NCBI GenBank assembly: GCA_964636935.1
Contig: CAZWVS010000001.1
Coordinates: forward strand, 1 to 46,366
Direction: 5' to 3'
Length of the DNA: 46,366 nt
Source of the DNA: an uncultured Clostridiaceae bacterium
GTDB lineage: Bacteria > Bacillota > Clostridia > DUPQ01
Under the pieces are notes generated by a model. The model did not search any database, was not told the origin of the DNA, and worked only from the letters and a program-made list of their open reading frames with translations. Positions 41,676-46,366 of this stretch are shown one piece after another. A program made the translations under genes and the position numbers. Every line of letters begins with the position of its first letter. Position 1 is the stretch's first letter.

Positions 41676-42710
41676 ATGAAAGCGGCGGTATTGAAGGAAA
41701 TCGGCAGGATTGAAATTGAAGATATCGATAAACCCGAAGCAGGGGCTGGACATGTACTGATTAAGATTGATTATGTCGGGATTTGCGGATCCGATGTGCA
41801 TTATTATGAACATGGAAAAATCGGTGATTTTGTCGTTGAAAAGCCGCTAATACTCGGCCACGAGTGCGCCGGTGTCATTGTTGAAACAGGAGAAGGCGTG
41901 GAAGGTTTTCAAAAGGGCGACAGGGTTGTCCCCGAACCCGGATACGCATGCAACAAGTGCAGTTTCTGTAAAGAAGGGCGATATAACCTGTGTGACAAAA
42001 TGACGTTTATGGCAACACCTCCGGTGGACGGCGCTTTTTGTGAATACATATCATATCCTGCGGATATGGTTTTCAAACTGCCCGAAAATGTATCTAATGT
42101 CGAAGGCGCTTTGCTGGAACCGCTTTCAATAGGAATCTATGCGGCAAAGAGGGCGGGTGTTTCACCGGGTGACGCGGTTTTGATCACCGGCGCAGGTTGC
42201 ATAGGTCTGGTGACAATGCTGGCTTGCAGGGCTTTCGGGGCTTCGAAAATAATTATGACCGATGTTATGGGAAACAGGCTGGCGGCCGCAAAAAGGTTGG
42301 GAGCCGACTTTGCTGTAAATCCCATGGAGCAAAATCTGCATGAGCTCATTGCGGATTTGACAGGGGACAAGGGTGTGGACACATCGATCGACTGCGTCGG
42401 TGTCAACCAAACCATTGCAGATGTCATAGACAATACGAAAAAGGGAGGGGTTATTGTCATGGTGGGGATGGGCTCGGAATCGAATGTGTCCGTAAACATG
42501 AACAGGGCGATAAGCAAAGAACTGGATTTTAAAACAATTTTCCGATATCGCAACATTTTTCCGACAGCCATAAAACTTGTTGCGGACGGGAAAATCGACA
42601 TAAAGGGTATTGTAAGCCACTCCTTTGATTTCGAGGATATTGACAAGGCCATGAAGTATGTCATGAATAACAAGGATGAAGTGGTTAAGGCGATTGTGAA
42701 AATCGGTTGA
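41676..42710 (+). CDS. zinc-dependent medium-chain dehydrogenase (sorbitol/L-iditol or threonine dehydrogenase-like)
   Basis: 'CGSDVHYY', 'GHECAGVIVETG' catalytic zinc site, structural-zinc 'CNKCSFCKEGRYNLC', 'ITGAGCIGL' Rossmann; 344 aa. Confidence 0.88.
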   Translation: MKAAVLKEIGRIEIEDIDKPEAGAGHVLIKIDYVGICGSDVHYYEHGKIGDFVVEKPLILGHECAGVIVETGEGVEGFQKGDRVVPEPGYACNKCSFCKEGRYNLCDKMTFMATPPVDGAFCEYISYPADMVFKLPENVSNVEGALLEPLSIGIYAAKRAGVSPGDAVLITGAGCIGLVTMLACRAFGASKIIMTDVMGNRLAAAKRLGADFAVNPMEQNLHELIADLTGDKGVDTSIDCVGVNQTIADVIDNTKKGGVIVMVGMGSESNVSVNMNRAISKELDFKTIFRYRNIFPTAIKLVADGKIDIKGIVSHSFDFEDIDKAMKYVMNNKDEVVKAIVKIG

Positions 42711-42790
42711 CCGGACGGGGGTTGGGAAATGCATGCAGTTGTCGGAAAAACGTGGAATCCGGAGCAAGGCGGTTACACCCTTTTACGGAT

Positions 42791-42825
42791 AAAAAAAGGG
42801 AGCGTTCAATTGAATAAAACGCTCC
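42791..42825 (-). terminator. rho-independent terminator downstream of tRNA-Leu
   Basis: On the minus strand, stem GGAGCGTT / AACGCTCC is followed by TTTTTTT (complement of the A-run at 42791-42797). Confidence 0.65.
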
Positions 42826-42827
42826 TC

Positions 42828-42914
42828 TGGTGCGAGAAGTGGGATTCGAACCCACACGTACTTGCGTACACTAGAACCTGAATCTAGCGAGTCTGCCAGT
42901 TCCACCATTCTCGC
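42828..42914 (-). tRNA. tRNA-Leu (anticodon CAG), CCA encoded
   Basis: The reverse complement reads GCGAGAA...TTCTCGC-A-CCA (7-bp acceptor). Anticodon arm CTAGA-TTCAGGT-TCTAG gives CAG. Long variable arm TGTACGCAAGTACG; T-arm GTGGG-TTCGAAT-CCCAC. Confidence 0.93.
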
Positions 42915-42975
42915 ATGCATATGCTATTATAAAGGAAATGAATGTTCATTACAATATTAAATTTGGAGGATTTTC

Positions 42976-44385
42976 ATGAATAAGGCTTTTGAGGAATATA
43001 AGAAACAGATAAGAAACAAAAAGGTTGCCGCGGTGGGTCTGGGTATAAGCAACCGGCCTCTTTTTAAGTATCTGGCTGACTTGGGAGTCGAGATAACCGG
43101 ATTCGATTCAGCCCCGTATGAAAAACTGAAGTCCTTTATAAAAGAGTTCGAAAAATACGAAAATGTCAGCTTTCATACAGGCCCCGAATATCTGGAGAAT
43201 CTAAAAGGCTATGAAATTATCTTTAAAACACCGGCCATAAGGCCGGATATCAAACCCTTTATTGATGAAATAAGAAGAGGCGCACTGATAACGAGTGAAA
43301 TGGAAGTGTTCATGAAAATGTGTCCCGCAAAAATGGTGGCAGTCACCGGCAGCGACGGCAAAACAACAACAACTACAGTAATCGGCAAAATGCTTGAAAA
43401 GCAGGGATTCAAAGTCTGGGTGGGCGGCAATATAGGAACCCCTCTTTTTGATAAGCTCGATTTGATTAAAAGCAAGGACATGGTTGTGCTCGAGCTTGGA
43501 TCCTTCCAGCTCCAGACCATCAGGGACAAAAGTCCCGATATAGCGGTCATAACAAACATATCTCCCAACCATCTGGATTTCCATAAGGCTATCGACGAAT
43601 ATATATGGTCCAAACAAAACATTTACAGATATCAAAAACCCGATGATGTGCTGGTGTTGAACCTGGACAACAAAACCACGAAAAATTTCGCAAACGACGC
43701 CGATGCCCATATCATCTGGTTTTCAAGAAGAGCCGTGCCGAAAAAGGGCGTCTTCCTGCAAAACGGCATAATCAAATATTCCGATGAAGACGGGATCAGT
43801 GATTTGTTCCCGGCATCCGAAATAGCCGTAAGGGGAATACACAATGTGGAGAATTTTATGGCAGCCATAGCCGCTGTTTACGAATATGTTGATGTGCAAA
43901 GCATGATTGATGTAGCAAGGACATTCAAAGGGGTTGAGCATAGGATAGAACCCGTGATGAAGGTTAAAGGCGTGTGGTATTACAACGACTCCATAGGCAG
44001 TTCGCCAACAAGGACTAAGGCAAGCCTCCACGCATTCGAAGGCAGGTTGATCCTTATAACAGGCGGATATGACAAGAAGATTTCATATGACATGATGGGT
44101 CCGTTGATAATCGAAAAAGTCAAAGGGTTGATATTGCTGGGTGAAACGGCTCCTAAAATCAAAAAGGCATTTGAAGCCGCCAAAAAGAAAACAGGCAAAG
44201 GCGGGGATGTTCCCGTCAAGGAGGTCGCTTCGATTGAAGAGGCGGTGGAGGTAGCAAGCAAAATGGCTGCACAGGGGGACGTGGTGATCCTGTCTCCCGC
44301 CAGCGCAAGTTACGATATGTTCCCCAACTTCGAAATAAGGGGTAGGGTTTTCAAAGAAGCCGTCAAAAAATTGAAAAAACAGTGA
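42976..44385 (+). CDS. murD: UDP-N-acetylmuramoyl-L-alanine--D-glutamate ligase
   Basis: 'VGLGISN' N-terminal Rossmann-like motif, 'VTGSDGKTTTT' P-loop, Mur ligase central and C-terminal domains ('HRIE', 'NDSIGSSPT'); SD GGAGGA. Confidence 0.9.
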   Translation: MNKAFEEYKKQIRNKKVAAVGLGISNRPLFKYLADLGVEITGFDSAPYEKLKSFIKEFEKYENVSFHTGPEYLENLKGYEIIFKTPAIRPDIKPFIDEIRRGALITSEMEVFMKMCPAKMVAVTGSDGKTTTTTVIGKMLEKQGFKVWVGGNIGTPLFDKLDLIKSKDMVVLELGSFQLQTIRDKSPDIAVITNISPNHLDFHKAIDEYIWSKQNIYRYQKPDDVLVLNLDNKTTKNFANDADAHIIWFSRRAVPKKGVFLQNGIIKYSDEDGISDLFPASEIAVRGIHNVENFMAAIAAVYEYVDVQSMIDVARTFKGVEHRIEPVMKVKGVWYYNDSIGSSPTRTKASLHAFEGRLILITGGYDKKISYDMMGPLIIEKVKGLILLGETAPKIKKAFEAAKKKTGKGGDVPVKEVASIEEAVEVASKMAAQGDVVILSPASASYDMFPNFEIRGRVFKEAVKKLKKQ

Positions 44386-44390
44386 AAAAC

Positions 44391-44416
44391 AACCGTCCGT
44401 AAAAGGGCGGTTTTTC
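44391..44416 (+). terminator. rho-independent terminator after murD
   Basis: Stem AACCGTCC / GGGCGGTT (one mismatch) followed by TTTTT. Confidence 0.6.
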
Positions 44417-44447
44417 TCAATCAAATGACACCCTGAGAAAAATATTC

Positions 44448-44656
44448 AAAGGGTGCCCTAAAAAAAGATAGATAAAAGGGTGCCCTAAAAAAGATGGATA
44501 AAAGGGTGCCCTAAAAAACAATGGACAAAAGGGTGCCAAAAAACGGTTAAAAGAAATGAATATGTTTCAACAAAATAAAGGGTGCCCTAAAAAAATCACG
44601 TTATAAATCGATAAAGGGTGCCCTGAACGCTAAACGAAATCAAAGGGTGCCCTAAA
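44448..44656 (+). repeat. second array of the AAAGGGTGCCCTAAA motif (7 same-orientation copies, 26-49-bp spacing)
   Basis: Copies start at 44448, 44475, 44501, 44528 (degenerate, AAAGGGTGCCAAA), 44577, 44613 (..CCCTGAA) and 44642. The first four form a 26-27-bp tandem repeat. Confidence 0.9.
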
Positions 44657-44679
44657 AGCGGGGCATGGCGGGGAGGATG

Positions 44680-44688
44680 TGATAAAAT
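44680..44688 (+). promoter_or_regulatory. candidate extended -10 promoter (TGATAAAAT) of glpK
   Basis: TGATAAAAT lies about 33 nt upstream of the glpK ATG, with SD GGAGGAG at 44705-44711. There is no recognisable -35 hexamer. Confidence 0.45.
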
Positions 44689-44721
44689 GAAAGCAGTCCA
44701 TGCCGGAGGAGTAAATTGAAT

Positions 44722-46203
44722 ATGAAAAAATATGTAATAGCGCTTGATCAGGGAACAACAAGTTCGCGGGCGATAGCTTTTGGAAGGGACGGGATGCCCG
44801 TGGGGACTGAAAATGTAGAATTCAGACAAATTTTCCCCCAGCCGGGATGGGTGGAACATGATCCGGAGGACATATTCAACAGCCAGATGGAAGCTTTGGA
44901 GCTGCTCATTTCCAAAAATGATATAAAGTCCTGTGAAATCCAGGCCATAGGCATCACCAACCAAAGGGAAACCACGGTATTATGGAATAAAAAGACGGGA
45001 AAGCCCGTATACAACGCAATAGTATGGCAATGCAGACGGACGGCAAAAATATGCGAAGACCTCAAAAGCAGGGGCTATTCCGAAAAAATCAAGCAAAAGA
45101 CCGGTCTTTTACCGGATGCGTATTTTTCCGCAACAAAAATAAAATGGATTTTGGACAATGTTCCGGAAGCCGCTCGGCTTGCCCGGACAGGCGAACTTGC
45201 CGCAGGAACGGTTGACTCATGGCTCATGTACCGCATGAGCAAAGGGAAAGTGCATGTGACCGACGAGACAAACGCATCAAGAACCATGTTATACAACATA
45301 CGAAAGAACAAGTGGGATGAACAGCTTTGCGGGATGCTGGAAATCCCGATGGAAATACTGCCGGAAGTAATCGATTCTTCGGGAATTGTGTTCCATTATC
45401 AGATTGATGAAGAAAAAATACCAGTTGCAGGTATCGCCGGGGATCAGCAGGCAGCCCTATTCGGGCAATGTTGTTTCAAAAAAGGCGACACTAAGAACAC
45501 ATATGGGACGGGATGCTTCATATTGATGAACACCGGTGACATCGCAGTCTCTTCGGGAAACGGGCTTCTTACAACTGTAGCATTGAGAATTGACGGGAAA
45601 ACCGAATACGCCCTTGAAGGGAGCGTTTTCAACGCGGGTTCCGTAATCCAGTGGCTGCGGGACAATCTGGGTGTTCTGGACAGTGCTGCAAAAAGCGAGG
45701 AAATGGCAAAATCCGTTGAAGACACCGGCGGGGTATATTTTGTGCCTGCTTTTACCGGTCTGGGGACCCCTTACTGGGATATGTATGCGCGAGGGGCGAT
45801 AACAGGTATAACAAGGGGGACATCCCGCGAGCATATAGTAAGGGCCGGCCTTGAGGCCGTTGCATACAGAAGCGCGGAAATCATAGAAGTGATGATGAAT
45901 GAATCCGGAATAGAATTAAACAGCATGCATGTCGACGGGGGAGCGAGCGCAAACGGATTCCTTATGCAGTTCCAGGCGGACCTAATCGGCGTTGAAATCG
46001 TAAGGCCGGTCGTTCGGGAAACCACAGCACTGGGAGCGGCATTTCTCGCAGGCCTTGCAACGGGCTTCTGGAAAAGCAAAGATGAAATAGCTGCGCTTAT
46101 GCCCATAGACAAAACCTACGTGCCGGAATGCGATGAAAATGTGAGGATGAAAAAACTCGACCGGTGGCGGCAAGCCGTCAAAAACGTGCGAGGCTGCCGA
46201 TAA
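44722..46203 (+). CDS. glpK: glycerol kinase
   Basis: 'ALDQGTTSSR', 'GITNQRETT', 'GDQQAALFGQ', 'VDGGAS' FGGY-kinase motifs. I prefer the ATG at 44722; the TTG at 44716 is also possible. Confidence 0.93.
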   Translation: MKKYVIALDQGTTSSRAIAFGRDGMPVGTENVEFRQIFPQPGWVEHDPEDIFNSQMEALELLISKNDIKSCEIQAIGITNQRETTVLWNKKTGKPVYNAIVWQCRRTAKICEDLKSRGYSEKIKQKTGLLPDAYFSATKIKWILDNVPEAARLARTGELAAGTVDSWLMYRMSKGKVHVTDETNASRTMLYNIRKNKWDEQLCGMLEIPMEILPEVIDSSGIVFHYQIDEEKIPVAGIAGDQQAALFGQCCFKKGDTKNTYGTGCFILMNTGDIAVSSGNGLLTTVALRIDGKTEYALEGSVFNAGSVIQWLRDNLGVLDSAAKSEEMAKSVEDTGGVYFVPAFTGLGTPYWDMYARGAITGITRGTSREHIVRAGLEAVAYRSAEIIEVMMNESGIELNSMHVDGGASANGFLMQFQADLIGVEIVRPVVRETTALGAAFLAGLATGFWKSKDEIAALMPIDKTYVPECDENVRMKKLDRWRQAVKNVRGCR

Positions 46204-46216
46204 GCATAATTGTCAA

Positions 46217-46244
46217 TTGACACAATGCGGTTAATTGATATAAT
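46217..46244 (+). promoter_or_regulatory. sigma-A promoter upstream of a tRNA gene (cluster)
   Basis: TTGACA (46217-46222), 16-bp spacer, TATAAT (46239-46244). The -35 is embedded in the palindrome TGTCAATTGACA (46211-46222). Confidence 0.6.
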
Positions 46245-46313
46245 AAAATATACATATATGCAGGGGTTCCCGATTTATTTGAAAAGGCGGCAAAGCGCCT
46301 TGGGTTTCAATCT

Positions 46314-46366
46314 GCGGGTGTAGTTCAGTGGTAGAACACCAGCTTCCCAAGCTGGTTATGAGGGTT
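46314..46366 (+). tRNA. tRNA-Gly (anticodon CCC), 3' part truncated by the window end
   Basis: GCGGGTG acceptor 5' half, D-arm TAGTTCAGTGGTAGAACA. Anticodon arm CCAGC-TTCCCAA-GCTGG gives CCC. The sequence ends within the T-arm. Confidence 0.85.

Noticed and set aside
40819-42767. Long antisense ORFs within ispH/rpsA (40819-41403, 40989-41486) and the dehydrogenase gene (42137-42673, 42162-42767)
   Set aside because: They arise from repetitive GAA/AAG-rich or codon-biased sense sequence. The sense-strand genes have definitive motifs.
1-46366. Mobile element, prophage or defence island
   Set aside because: I recognised no integrase, transposase, recombinase, phage structural, restriction-modification, cas, reverse transcriptase or toxin-antitoxin genes. 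tRNA-Leu is not flanked by direct repeats or integrase remnants that I can see.

Overview
This looks like a chromosomal segment of a Firmicutes/Clostridia-type genome. The pointers are a T-box leader on alaS, an ispH-rpsA fusion gene, an SLH-domain wall protein and a hit-rpsU arrangement. I call about 37 protein genes, mostly on the + strand. Housekeeping genes are alaS, hit-like, rpsU, purA, engB, cmk, plsC-like, ispH/rpsA, murD, glpK, tRNA-Leu(CAG) and a partial tRNA-Gly(CCC). Accessory blocks include a MazG-like/CYTH/UvrD-helicase group and a 7.5-kb gene for a 2,490-aa lipoprotein followed by a small helical partner. There is also a carbohydrate block: EFR1-type ferredoxin, sugar-phosphate isomerase/epimerase-type TIM barrel, Gfo/Idh/MocA oxidoreductase, DUF3604/PHP-like metallohydrolase and two large putative glycoside hydrolases. 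I saw no transposase, integrase, cas, reverse transcriptase or recognisable defence or toxin-antitoxin genes. The least explained signal is a 15-nt motif, AAAGGGTGCCCTAAA, always in the same orientation. It forms two dense intergenic arrays, 7 copies at 37601-37980 and 7 copies at 44448-44656. A solitary copy sits directly on the start codon of a hypothetical membrane protein gene (25213-25230). The array-proximal copies lie about 45 bp upstream of the estimated start sites of two -35-less TGATAAAAT promoters, one for a glycoside hydrolase and one for glpK. The second notable item is the giant FN3-rich lipoprotein, which has about 1,150 aa of unassignable beta-rich C-terminal sequence. All functional calls come from motif recognition by eye; no searches were run.
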